A DNA stretch of 64,000 bases, taken from assembly GCA_002269645.1 (NCBI GenBank), contig NIVC01000426.1, positions 62,001 through 126,000 of the forward strand, given 5' to 3'. A program made the position numbers and the translations under genes. The notes under the pieces are model-generated. The model saw nothing but the letters and a program-made list of their open reading frames with translations, was not told the DNA's origin and ran no database searches. This DNA is from Macrostomum lignano. Taxonomy: Eukaryota. This document shows positions 33,401-46,200 of this stretch, piece after piece. Numbering within the stretch: position 1 is the stretch's first letter; each line of letters starts with the position of its first letter.

Positions 33401-36400
33401 AGACAGGTGTCTGTAAATGAGTGAAGACAGGTGTCTGTAAATGAGTGAAGACAGGTGTCTATAAGTGCTAGAGACAGGTGTCTGTAAGCGGTGGAGACAG
33501 GTGTCTGTAAGCGGTGGAGACAGGTGTCTGTAAGGGCGCTAGATATAGGTGTCTACAAGGGGCTAGAGACAGGTGTCCAGCATTGGCAAGGACAGGTATC
33601 CAGCATTGATAAGAGACAGGTGTCCAGCATTGGTAAGACACCGGTGTCCAGCATTGGTAAGAGACAGGTGTCCAGCATTGGTAAGACACCGGTGTCCAGC
33701 ATTGGTAAGAGACAGGTGTCCAGCATTGGCAAGAGACAGGTGTCCAGCATTGGCAAGAGACAGGTGTCCAGCATTGGCAAGGACAGGTGTCCAGCATTGG
33801 CAAGGACAGGTGTCCAGCATTGGCAAGAGACAAGTGTCCAGCATTGGCAAGAGACAGGTGTCCAGCATTGGCAAGAGACAGGTGTCCAGCATTGGCAAGG
33901 ACAGGTGTCCAGCATTGGCAAGGACAGGTGTCCAGCATTGGCAAGAGACAGGTGTCCAGCATTGGCAAGAGACAGGTGTCCAGCATTGGCAAGAGACAGA
34001 TGTCCAGCATTGGCAAGAGACAGGTGTCCGTATCTGAAGCCCCCTTCACTCTCGCAGGCCAGCAGCTTTCAGCTGGACGCGGCCGGCCGCCTGGCTCCCC
34101 AATCGGCTAAGCGAGTTCCGCTACAATCCGAGCACGTGATGTGGAACCTGCTGCTGCAGCTGGCCAGCGCTGTGCGCTACTGCCACGCCCGGCTCAATCG
34201 AGCGGTTCGAGCCCTGGGACCCAGCAAAGTGCTTGTCGAAGACAAACAACGCCTACGCGTCAATCTTCTAGGCGCCAGAGAGATTCTCTGTGGAATTCCG
34301 GCCACGGACGAAGACGAATCCGCGGTTGCTAAGCAACAGGATTTGGTGGACTTGGGCCGCCTGCTGTTGGTGCTGGCTTGCGGCACCCCGCTAGCCTTGC
34401 AGGATCTCAACGCCGCTATGGAGCTGGTGGGGCGGTCCTATTCCAAGGACCTGGCCAGTGTCATGCACCAGCTGTTGTATGGAGTCAGCAAGTGAGGCGC
34501 TTTGCGGGTTAGATTAGCAATCCATTCTATGATTCCTTCACCACTAGATTAGCAATCCACTCTATGATTCCTTCACCACTAGATTAGCAATCCACTCTAT
34601 GATTCCCTCATCACTAGATTAGCAATCCATTCTATGATTCCCTCACCACTAGATTATCAATCCATTCTATGATTCCTTCACCACTAGATTAGCAATCCAT
34701 TCTATGATTCCTTCACCACTAGATTAGCAATCCACTCTATGATTCCCTCATCACTAGATTAGCAATCCACTCTATGATTCCCTCACCACTAGATTAGCAA
34801 TCCACTCTATGATTCCCTCATCACTAGATTAGCAATCCATTCTATGATTCCCTCACCACTAGATTAGCAATCCATTCTATGATTCCTTCACCACTAGATT
34901 AGCAATCCACTCTATGATTCCCTCACCACTAGATTAGCAATCCACTCTATGATTCCTTCACCACTAGATTAGCAATCCACTCTATGATTCCCTCACCACT
35001 AGATTAGCAATCCACTCTATGATTCCCTCACCACTAGATTAGCAATCCATTCTATGATTCCTTCACCACTAGATTAGCAATCCACTCTATGATTCCCTCA
35101 CCACTAGATTAGCAATCCACTCTATGATTCCCTCACCACTAGATTAGCAATCCACTCTATGATTCCCTCACCACTAGATTAGCAATCCACTCTATGATTC
35201 CCTCACCACTAGATTAGCAATCCATTCTATGATTCCTTCACCACTAGATTAGCAATCCACTCTATGATTCCCTCACCACTAGATTAGCAATCCACTCTAT
35301 GATTCCCTCACCACTAGATTAGCAATCCACTCTATGATTCCCTCACCACTAGATTAGCAATCCACTCTATGATTCCCTCACCACTAGATTAGCAATCCAT
35401 TCTATGATTCCCTCATCACTAGATTAGCAATTCACTCTATTCCATTACCCTACCTGCATTCCAGGTCCATATATGACGTGATGCCAGCCATCGGTGCCAG
35501 ATTTTTCGATCACCTGTGCGAGTCCCAGCTTCGAGTAGACTTTCTCGAGTTGCAGCTCACCCGCCAGCTAGAGAATGGCCGCCTGTTGCGTCTCATCTCG
35601 AAATTGAGCACCGTCTGCGAGAGGGAAATGCCGTCTGAGCCGTCCTGGACCGACTCCACTGACAGGCAAATGCTGCGCCTGTTTCGCGATTTCGTCTTCC
35701 ACCAGACTGACAGCTCGGGCGGATTTCCTTGGATCGACCTGGCGCACATTGTCAGCTGCTTGCAGAAGGTTGGGGTCACCTAGTAGTCATTGGGTTGGCA
35801 TACACATTGACTTACCCATCTGACCATCGACCTGACCCTCATCCGCACACCTGACCCACCACCTGACCCTCATGCGCACACCTGAACAACCACCTGACCC
35901 TCATGCGGATACCAGACATGATCTTTGGTTCATCGACATACCAGACTCATTCCTGACCCTCAGCTCTTCCGCATCCATGGCTCATGCCTATGCCTGACCC
36001 ATGGCTCATCCCTATCCCTGACCCATGGCTCATCCCTATCCCTGACCCATGGCTCATCCCTATCCCTGACCCATGGCTCATCCCTATCCCTGACCCATGG
36101 CTCATCCCTATCCCTGACCCATGGCTCATCCCTATCCCTGACCCATGGCTCATCTCTATCCCAGACCCATGGCTCATCCCTATCCCTGACCCATGGCTCA
36201 TCTCTATCCCAGACCCATGGCTCATCCCTATCCCTGACCCATGGCTCATCCCTATCCCTGACCCATGGCTCATCCCTATCCCTGACCCATGGCTCATCCC
36301 TATGCCTGACCCATGGCTCATCCCTATCCCTGACCCATGGCTCATCCCTATGCCTGACCCATGGCTCATCCCTATCCCTGACCCATGGCTCATCCCTATC

Positions 36401-37179
36401 CCTGACCCATGGCTCATCCCTATCCCTGACCCATGGCTCACCCCTATCCCTGACCCATGGCTCACCCCTATCCCTGACCCATGGCTCATCCCTATGCCTG
36501 ACCCATGGCTCATCCCTATCCCTGACCCATGGCTCATCCCTATGCCTGACCCATGGCTCATCCCTATCCCTGACCCATGGCTCATCCCTATCCCTGACCC
36601 ATGGCTCATCCCTATCCCTGACCCATGGCTCATCCCTATCCCTGACCCATGGCTCATCCCTATGCCTGACCCATGGCTCATCCCTATCCCTGACCCATGG
36701 CTCATCCCTATGCCTGACCCATGGCTCATCCCTATCCCTGACCCATGGCTCATCCCTATCCCTGACCCATGGCTCATCCCTATCCCTGACCCATGGCTCA
36801 TCCCTATGCCTGACCCATGGCTCATCCCTATCCCTGACCCATGACTCATCCCTATCCCTGACCCATGGCTCATCCCTATCCTTGACCCATGGCTCGCACC
36901 TGACGGACACCTAATGGGATAAAAATCAGAACCCACCTTCGCCCGCAGCTGGACATGGGCTCGCAGCAGCGGCTCTGTCTTGTGTCGCGCGACTCCCAGC
37001 AGGTCATGCTAGTCACCTACGCCGAGGTGAAACAGTGGCTGGACTCGTGCTGCGCCCAGCTCAACAAGCTGATGGAGGCCGGCATGCGTCAGCAGGCGGA
37101 GTTCTACTCCGGTACCCAGCCGCAGGCCGATAACCCAGCCGCTGCCTGGTCCGAAGGTCCGCCGCCATCGGCTGTGTGA
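30427..37179 (+). CDS. PAN3: PAN3 deadenylase-complex subunit (pseudokinase and C-terminal knob domain)
   Basis: Confident exons: 31883-32284 (5' edge uncertain), 32816-33184, 34058-34491, 35465-35768, 36949-37179, phases 0,0,2,0. Motifs LCYKAYN, SACLVTDFYPGCATM, VMWNLLLQLASAVRYCH, QQDLVDLGRLLLVLAC, SIYDVMPAIGARF, ENGRLLRLISKL, DRQMLRLFRDFVFHQ, IDLAHIVSCLQKLDMG. Candidate upstream exons 30427-30522 and 30609-30755 are in phase but lower confidence. Confidence 0.93.
31197..31600. repeat. Degenerate GATCTCATCTCTCAGTTT-type repeat in PAN3 5' intron
   Basis: Repeated GATCTCAT/CTCTCAGTTT modules, including a longer duplicated block (31286-31400 vs 31405-31510). Confidence 0.85.
32464..32740. repeat. 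31-bp minisatellite (GATTAGAGTGGGAGATCATTCAGATCTAGAG) in PAN3 intron
   Basis: About 9 diverged copies. Confidence 0.9.
33275..34030. repeat. Minisatellite with GAGACAGGTGTC core (24-bp GAGACAGGTGTCCAGCATTGGCAA dominant) in PAN3 intron
   Basis: 5' copies read GAGACAGGTGTCTGTAA...; 3' copies are the homogeneous 24-mer, ending ~27 nt before the acceptor at 34057. Confidence 0.95.
34508..35442. repeat. 35-bp minisatellite (CCACTAGATTAGCAATCCACTCTATGATTCCCTCA) filling a PAN3 intron
   Basis: About 27 copies in a 973-nt intron (34492-35464). Confidence 0.97.
35975..36895. repeat. 24-bp minisatellite (CCCATGGCTCATCCCTATCCCTGA) in last PAN3 intron
   Basis: About 38 copies; CCTGAC-rich degenerate lead-in at 35820-35960. 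Confidence 0.97.
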
Positions 37180-37541
37180 GGCCAGAATTCTGTACAACTA
37201 CTATCAGTAGCTAATGAGGACTTATTTTAAAAGGCCAACTTTCTCAAGTCCTAGAAGGTTAACAAATTATTTTTTGTCATTCGCGTGCTCCCGTTGCTTT
37301 TAACAGACTGCTTCCAGCGCCAACACTGTATTGCTGCTCTAGTTCCCGTCGAGTTCCGATTCTTTCTTGCAGCTGAGCTCGTTCCTCCGTTCCTAGACTT
37401 CTCTCTGATTGCCGCAATTTAATCGGAACAATTTATAAAACCCAGGTTTAACTCTCAGTTGATTGAGAAAATCCCAATCCCAGATCTAATTTTATTGCCC
37501 GGAAATCTAATCAATAGTAACTTCTTGTATCAGTTCATCGA

Positions 37542-38215
37542 ATCCCAAATCCCATCAAATAGTGGAATCCCAAATCCCATCAGATAGTGGAATCCCTAAT
37601 CCCATCAGATAATCGAATCCCAAATCCCATCAGATAGTCGCATCTAAAATCCCATAATCTAATAGAATCCCAAATCCCATCAGATAGTGGAATCCCAAAT
37701 CCCATCAGATAATCGAATCCCAAATCCCATCAGATAGTGGAATCCCAAATCCCATCAGATAATCGAATCCCAAATCCCATCAGATAGTGGAATCCCTAAT
37801 CCCATCAGATAATCGAATCCCAAATCCCATCAGATAGTGGAATCCCAAATCCCATCAGATAATCGAATCCCAAATCCCATCAGATAGTGGAATCCCTAAT
37901 CCCATCAGATAGTGGAATCCCTAATCCCATCAGATAATCGAATCCCAAATCCCATCAGATAGTGGAATCCCAAATCCCATCAGATAGTGGAATCCCTAAT
38001 CCCATCAGATAATCGAATCCCAAATCCCATCAAATAGTGGAATCCCAAATCCCATCAGATAATCGAATCCCAAATCCCATCAGATAGAGGAATCCCAAAT
38101 CCCATCAGATAGAGGAATCCCAAATCCCATCAGATAATTGAATCCCAATTCCCATTGGGTAATCGAATCCTGAATCCCATCAGATAGTCGCATCTAAAAT
38201 CCCATAATCTAATAG
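37542..38215. repeat. 25-bp minisatellite (GAATCCCAAATCCCATCAGATAGTG / ...GATAATC), intergenic
   Basis: About 26 copies with alternating variants, downstream of the PAN3 stop. Confidence 0.95.
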
Positions 38216-38921
38216 AATCCCAAATCATAGTTCTAGTCGCATAGAAAGTCCCTGTATGCTATTACGCTCTGGAGTAGAGACTAATTCATTTTATCAAAAA
38301 AGTGCTCTAATCCTTGTTACTAGCATATCAGCAGAAGCAAGATCTATGGATGTCTTTTTGCTTGCTTTGTTAGAAACAGCTGTTTGGAATTTCGCTAAAT
38401 GTATACTGTGACTGTTATATGTCCATTACATTGCACTTGCTTTCTGCCCTAGTGAATGTGATTACCCACTGTAATAAATTTATTGTGGCTTAGCGAATGG
38501 CGGCATTTTTGTGTACTAATCTGCAAAATCATATTTTGTTCAATGGATTGCCAGTCTGCCAATTGTTCTCACAGGTGGTGGGGAGGCGCGGACGCAATCC
38601 AATAGTGTATCATAAACTATGCTGCGCTTTCTGTCTATCCATACGGATTTGGGCCATAGACTATTGCCCTAGTATTCGTGTTGTCCCTGACGCAAGAACT
38701 GTCGTTTCAGACATGCGTTTGTCTCTGTGCGTTTGTGCTGTGCGCGGAACCGAAAATTCCAGACATTGATTAAATAACTGTATTTATTATTAACAATTCT
38801 GTATTGACGATAATAATAAATTGAAAATCTAAACGCATAAAAACTATTATAACTGCTGGAAACTTCAATTCCTATGGCTAAGTGCTTTGTTTTTCTTTTA
38901 TTTTTTGCTTTTCTCTTTACC

Positions 38922-39650
38922 ACCAATCCCACACAGGGAATCGCCCCCACCCCAATCCCACACAGGGATATCCCACCACCCCAATCCCACACAGGGATAT
39001 CCCACCACCCCAATCCCACACAGGGAATCGCCCCCACCCCAATCCCACACAGGGATATCCCACCACCCAATCCCACACAGGGAATCGCCCCCACCCCCAA
39101 TCCCACACAGGGATATCCCACCACCCCAATCCCACGCAGGGATATCCCACCACCCCAATCCCACACAGGGATATCCCACCACCCCAATCCCACACAGGGA
39201 TATCCCACCACCCCAATCCCACACAGGGATATCCCACCACCCCAATCCTACACAGGGATATCCCACCACCCCAATCCTACACAGGGATATCCCACCACCC
39301 CAATCCCACACAGGGATATCCCACCACCCCAATCCTACACAGGGATATCCCACCACCCCAATCCTACACAGGGATATCCCCCACCCCAATCCTACACAGG
39401 GATATCCCACCACCCCAATCCTACACAGGGATATCCCACCACCCCAATCCCACACAGGGATATCCCACCACCCCAATCCCACACAGGGATATCCCACCAC
39501 CCCAATCCCACACAGGGATATCCCACCACCCTAATCCCACACAGGGATATCCCACACAGGGATATCCTACACAGGGATATCCCACGCAGGGATATCCCAC
39601 ACAGGGATATCCCACGCAGGGATATCCCACCATCCCAATCCCACACGGAT
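38922..39650. repeat. 29-bp minisatellite (CCCAATCCCACACAGGGATATCCCACCAC), intergenic
   Basis: About 22 copies, collapsing into a 15-bp unit (CACACAGGGATATCC) near 39540-39630. Confidence 0.95.
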
Positions 39651-40276
39651 GTTCTCCCACCCCATATCCCCATGCCACATTGGGGAATCAACCCCCCATC
39701 ATTTATAAATGAAGCAAAGTTAGCGAACACAGTAATATTTTAAAAGTTGCGACTGTCGCTGCTTCAATGTTGTTAAAAGAGGCTTTTGTATTGGCTAAAT
39801 GATTGACAAACTTAATGGATAACTTATCGAATTGGAAATTTAATACATGTATATAAAATTTGTCAATTTTTTGTTTAAAAACTTCTCATCTCAATGGCTC
39901 TACAACAAGGAATGTTTATGGATTTTAAAAGCAACTTTAGGCCATCCAGATCGTTAGGAATTTTGATAAAAAAGATGAGCTAAAAAATTGGAATGTTTTA
40001 CACGATGGTAGCTAACTTTCGAATTGGATTCTTTTAAAATACCAAAGCTGATTAAAACAATACAAGTAATAATAGGAATACGAATAAAAATGTGCCACAC
40101 ATACTACTTACAAAAACTAGCAGTAGTCGAATTAAAAATATTTAGTACACTTAAATGAAGGATAAATATAAATTCATATACCAAGCAGCCTACTAAATAA
40201 CTCAGTTGGCAGTAGTACACTGCGGAAATAACCGTCATTTAATGAGTTTTCGCGCACAGAAAAACAATAAGCCCCG

Positions 40277-43200
40277 TCAAACGTCGGTTGAGCCGCTAAT
40301 TCCACCGGGGCCGCCGAAGGAGCCCTGGCTTGGCGGCCGGTAGTACGAGTCCGGCGGCGGCGGCGGCTCCTGCTGGTGCTGACGGCTTGCCGGCTTTGGC
40401 ACCTTCTTCGGCTTCGGCTTAGGAGGCGGCGGAGGCGGCACCGACTGCGGCTGCGGCTCCGAAGGCGGCGGCGGTGGGGGCGCGTAGGCGCGCAAGAAGC
40501 CGTGTTGCTCGGGCTGGTAATCCTCTGCAGAGGGTTGGGTTTAGGGAAATAAGATGCAAGGAAGAATGAATTCTCTAAGCATTTCGAATCCAATGTTAAA
40601 TTCATCCTATTTGTATCTTGCTAAAGGATCAAAACCTCAAGCTAAAGGATAAAAATCTCAACCCAAACGATCAAAATCTCAAGCTAAAGGATAAAAATTC
40701 AGCTAAAAGATCAAAATCTCAAGTTAAAGATAAAAATTCAGCTAAAGGATAAAAATCTCAAGCTAAAGGATAAAAATCTCAAGCTAAAGGATAAAAATCT
40801 CAAGCTAAAAGATCAAAATCTCAACCTAAACGATTAAAATCCCAAGATAAAGGATCAAAACCTCAAGCTAAAGGATTCCAATCTCAACCCAAACGATCAA
40901 AATCTCAAGCTAAAGGATAAAAATCTCAAGCTAAAAAATAAAAATCTCAACCTAAACGATCAAAACCTCAAGCTAAAGGATAAAAATCTCAAGCTAAAGG
41001 ATAAAATCTCAACCTAAACGATCAAAACCTCAAGCTAAAGGATAAAAATCTCAAGCTAAAGGATAAAATCTCAACCTAAATGATCAAAACCTCAAGCTAA
41101 AGGATAAAAATTCAGCTAAAAGATCAAAATCTCAAGTTAAAGATAAAAATTCAGCTAAAGGATAAAAATTCAGCTAAAGGATAAAAATTCAGCTAAAGGA
41201 TAAAAATTCAGCTAAAGGATAAAAATTCAGCTAAAGGATAAAAATCTCAAGCTAAAGGATAAAAATCTCAAGCTAAAGGATAAAAATCTCAAGCTAAAGG
41301 ATAAAAATCTCAAGCTAAAGGATAAAAATCTCAAGCTAAAGAATAAAAATCCCAAGCTTAAGGACAAAAATCTCAAGCTAAAGGATAAAATCCTTAAGCT
41401 AAAGGATCAAAATCTTAAACTAAAAGATCAAAAACACACGGCAAAGGTGCCGCAGTCCGAAATCCAGAATCCACTCAAAACATCGGCGCACTCTTCTCAC
41501 CTTCGGCGGGTCAGAGGACCGTCTTGGCAGGCTGTCGATGGAGCCTTCGATCGAGCGTCTGCCAGGCACTCGCGGAGCCGGCTTCGGGGCAGTTGCGGCG
41601 CCTGAACCTGGCCGGGACTAGCGGCGCTGAACGCCGGCTTGTTGACCGGGTTGTACTCGTCATCGTTGTAGGGCGGCGAGGCGGGAGCGGCGGCGTACGA
41701 GGCGGCGGCGGCCGACATCGGTGGGGGTTCGTCGCCGCCTAAGTAGAAATGAAAAGTGGTTAGGTGCGTCGCTAAAATATGTCGCTGAAATGTGTGGGTA
41801 GAATGTCGCTGAGATGTGTGGGTAGAATGTCGCTGAGATGTGTGGGTAGAATGTCGCTGAGATGTGTGGGTAGAATGTCGCTGAGATGTGTGGGTAGAAT
41901 GTCGCTGAGATGTGTGGGTAGAATGTCGCTGAGATGTGTGGGTAGAATGTCGCTGAGATGTGTGGGTAGAATGTCGCTGAGATGTGTCGGTAGACTCACT
42001 GCTCATGAAGGTGTGGGGCTTGTTCTCCATGGGCGGCTCATCTGGTTCGAAGTCGCCTTCTCCGCCAGCGGCAGCGGCAGCTCCACTCTGGAAGCCGGAG
42101 GCGTAGGGCCCGCCGAACCCGGCGCCCAGCTGTGGTTCATCCTCCTGCGGCAGCAGCTTGCCTCGCTTGGCTGAAGTGCGCAAGATTTGTAGAGTTTTAA
42201 TGCTAATCTCATTACAGTGAGCATTAATTATTAGGAAACTATATGTATCAAATATACATCAAATATCACATCATGGGAATCCGAATCCCATCATTAGAGA
42301 ATCCCGAATCCCATCATAAGAATCCCGAATCCCATCATGAGATAATCTTAAATCCCATCATTAGAGAATCCTAAATCCCATCATGAGAATCGCATCATGA
42401 GAGAATCCCGAATCCCATCATTAGAGAATCCCGAATCCCATCATTAGAGAATCCCGAATCACATCATGAGAAAATCCCGAATCCCATCACTAGAGAATCC
42501 CGAATCGCATCATTAGAGAATCCCGAATCCCATCGTGAGAGACTCCCGAATCCCATCATTAGAGAACCCCGAAACCCATCATGAGATAATCCCAAATCCC
42601 ATCATTAGAGAATCCCAAATCCCATCATGAGAATCGCATCATGAGAGAATCCCGAATCCCATCATTAGAGAACCCCGAATCCCATCATAAGTCCCATCAC
42701 GAGAGAATACTTTACCTTCCAGTCGCCGCTTGCGCACGAAGAACAGGAAGATGATGAGCGCGATGAGGGCCAGCAGGATGAGCACCATGCAGATGAACCA
42801 GGTGGCGCTGGCGCCCCGCAGAGCGTTCGGGCTGGGTTCGCCTCCCGTCTGCATCCGGACAATGTCGCTGTATGACGTCATCGCGGCGCCATTCGTGGCC
42901 ACAACGCGGATGTCGTACCAGGCGTCGTTCTCCAGGCCGTCGATCTGAATCCATCGGTTGCGATACTCGCGCTGCGTCTCAAACCATTTGTTGCGGCCTG
43001 GAAATGAGAAATAGATAAACGGATTAAAGGACTTCCTAAATGGAAGTTAATGCCGATTCCTTGGCACTTATAGCGCAGCTCACCTGGCATCCGGTACTGC
43101 ACATAGAACACCGAACCGGACACTCCAGCGGTGGACGGAGCGAAGGTGACGTTGAACGCCTGCTGGCCGATGGCGCTAACAGAGAAGGTCGGCGGACTGG

Positions 43201-46200
43201 GCGCTTTGTTAGGCGGCGCGGTGCGCACGTCCAGAAAGTTGGGCTCGCCGTTGCCCTGAGGGAAGGAAGATTCCGGATCTTCTTAGCATAGCTCGTAGTA
43301 TAAAACCGGAAGCAAGCAAAAAACTAGTCTAAGAAGAACCGGAAGTAATCAAAACTTGTCGTAACAGGACCGGAACTAATAAAAACCGTCAAAACAAAGC
43401 CGGAAGTATTGAAAACCCGTCTAAACAGGACCGGAAGTAATAAAAACCCGTCTAAACAGGACCGGAAGTAATAAAAACCCGTCTAAACAGGACCGGAAGT
43501 AATAAAAACCCGTCTAAACAGGACCGGAAGTAATAAAAACCCGTCTAAACAGGACCGGAAGTAATAAAAACTCGTCTAAACAGGACCGGAAGTGATAAAA
43601 ACTAGTCTAAACAGTAGCGGGGAATAATAAAAACCAGTATAAACGAAACCGGAAATCTTATCTGAACGGGACTTTTGGTCAAACAAGCAATCAGCAGTTC
43701 CAATCCATGGCAATGCTTACCACTGCAGTCCTGGCGTACAGGTACACCCGGTAGTTAGTGTCGGGCTTGAGGCCGGTGACGGCCCCGCGGGTCTGGGTTG
43801 GGTCAGTCAGCGGCGGCGCCAGGGTGAGGTAGCCCAGACTGAGCCCGTTGATCTCCTGGTAGGCCATCTGATAGCCGATGAGGCGCCCGTTAGGCTGCGG
43901 CGGCACCTGCCAGTCGAATTCCAGGTGGTTGACGCCCGTGACCGACAGGACGAAGTCTCCGACCTGCAATGCGCGACGAAAATGACGCCGTTTTTCAGTA
44001 CCCCCTCCCTGATTCTTCAGTGCCCTATGACCTGATTCTTCAGTGCCCTATGACCCGATTCTTCAGTGCCCTATGACCCGATTCTTCAGTGCCCTATGAC
44101 CCGATTCTTCAGTGCCCTATGACCCGATTCTTCAGTCCCTATGACCCGATTCTTCAGTGCCCTATGACCCGATTCTTCAGTGCCCTATGACCTGATTCTT
44201 CAGTGCCCCCTCCCCGATTCTTCAGTGCCCTATGACCCGATTCTTCAGTGCCCTATGACCCGATTCTTCAGTGCCCCCTCCCCGATTCTTCAGTGTCCTA
44301 TGACCCGATTCTTCAGTGCCCCCTCCCCGATTCTTCAGTGCCCTATGACCCGATTCTTCAGTGCCCCCTCCCCGATTCTTCAGTGCCCTATGACCCGATT
44401 CTTCAGTCCCTATGACCTGATTCTTCAGTGCCCTATGACCCGATTCTTCAGTGCCCTATAATCCGATTCTTCAGTGCCCTATGACCCGATTCTTCAGTGC
44501 CCTATGACCCGATTCTTCAGTGCCCCCTCCCCGATTCTTCAGTGTCCTATGACCCGATTCTTCAGTGCCCTATGACCCGATTCTTCAGTGCCCTATAATC
44601 CGATTCTTCAGTGCCCTATGACCCGATGTTTCAGTGCCCTATGACCCGATTCTTCAGTGCCCTATGACCCGATTCTTCAGTGCCCTATGACCCGATTCTT
44701 CAGTGCCCTATGACCCGATTCTTCAGTGCCCTATGACCCGATTCTTCAGTGCCCTATGACCCGATTCTTCAGTGCCCTATGACCCGATTCTTCAGTGCCC
44801 CCTCCCCGATTCTTCAGTGTCCTATGACCCGATTCTTCAGTGCCCTATGACCCGATTCTTCAGTGCCCTATGACCCGATTCTTCAGTGCCCTATGACCCG
44901 ATTCTTCTTTGCCCTATGACCTGATTCTTCAGTGCCCTATGACCTGATTCTTCAGTGCCCTATGACCCGATTCTTCAGTGCCCTATGACCCGATTCTTCA
45001 GTGCCCTATGACCCGATTCTTCAGTGCCCTATGACCCGATTCTTCAGTGCCCTATGACCCGATTCTTCTTTGCCCTATGACCTGATTCTTCAGTGCCCTA
45101 TGACCTGATTCTTCAGTGCCCTATGACCCGATTCTTCAGTGCCCTATGACCCGATTCTTCAGTGCCCTATGACCCGATTCTTCAGTGCCCTATGACCCGA
45201 TTCTTCAGTGCCCTCTTCCCGATTCTTCAGTGCCGCCACTCACCTGTCCCGGGGTGCCCTCCTTAGTAGTGAACTCAACCGTGGCGCTGGGCGGGCCGGC
45301 GTAGTACTTGTTGAGCACCCTGACCCAGGCCCGGATGGTGGTGGAGCCGGGCAGATGAGTCAGCTTGCCATTATAAGTGAAGGCGGCCACCGCCTGCCGC
45401 TTGGTTCTCGTATTCAACGTGCCAACCATAGACGGGCCATCAATAGCTCGGAATATGAAATCTTGGAAGCGCTTCTTGACCAGACAATCAGCGGCCGTCA
45501 AATTGCTCAGACACCATTCGACTCGGAAGCCGCGAAAGTAGCCACGAATTCTGTCGACATCTTTCTCTGGATCGCTTTGCATCGACCAGCTGAGTAAGAC
45601 GCTGTCCGACTGTAGCGGATCCGAGCCCGAGCCGCTGTCCAGAGCAAAATTATCGGGCGATACGGTCGGTGCCTCCTCGCCAGAGTAGCCAACCGACTCC
45701 GGCCTTGTTGCGCTGCTGTCGCCCTCAGAATTCCTGGCATAGATACTCAGTCTGTACTTTTTGAATACTTCGATATTGTAGCGAGTGTTGCCGACGTACA
45801 GATCGTTGAATTCCACTTTCTCTTGTCGAGGATTCACTATTTGGGTCTCGTTCCTGCTGCCTTTGGGCATTGTGACGCAGTTCATGCATTCCACAATTAG
45901 CACGTAGCTCACTTTCTCGCCGTTATAGTCCAGCGGCGAGAGCGGGGTCCAGTAGACCACCAGATTCTGGGGCCGGTTGCCTTCCGCCCACAGATTTGTT
46001 GGGTTCACCGAAGGAATTTTCGGCTGCAGCCGACACGAGGGTGACGTCACCGATCTGCGGTGCGGGGAAGAAGGGTTGGAGGAAGGTGTCAGGTGGGGAG
46101 AGTGTCAGGTGGGGAAGGTGTCAGGAGGGAAAGGTGTCAGGTGGGGAGGGTGTCAGGTGGGGAAGGTGTCAGGTGGGGAGGGTGTCAGGTGGGGAGGGTG

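Noticed and set aside
34508-35442. Regular repeats resembling a CRISPR array
   Set aside because: Units are head-to-tail with no unique spacers, there are no cas genes, and the context is a eukaryotic intron. The same applies to all other arrays.
35925-36936. Four overlapping 286-329 aa ORFs (THGSSLSL, MSHGSGIG, etc.)
   Set aside because: Translations of a stop-free 24-bp intronic minisatellite; PAN3 exons splice cleanly around it.
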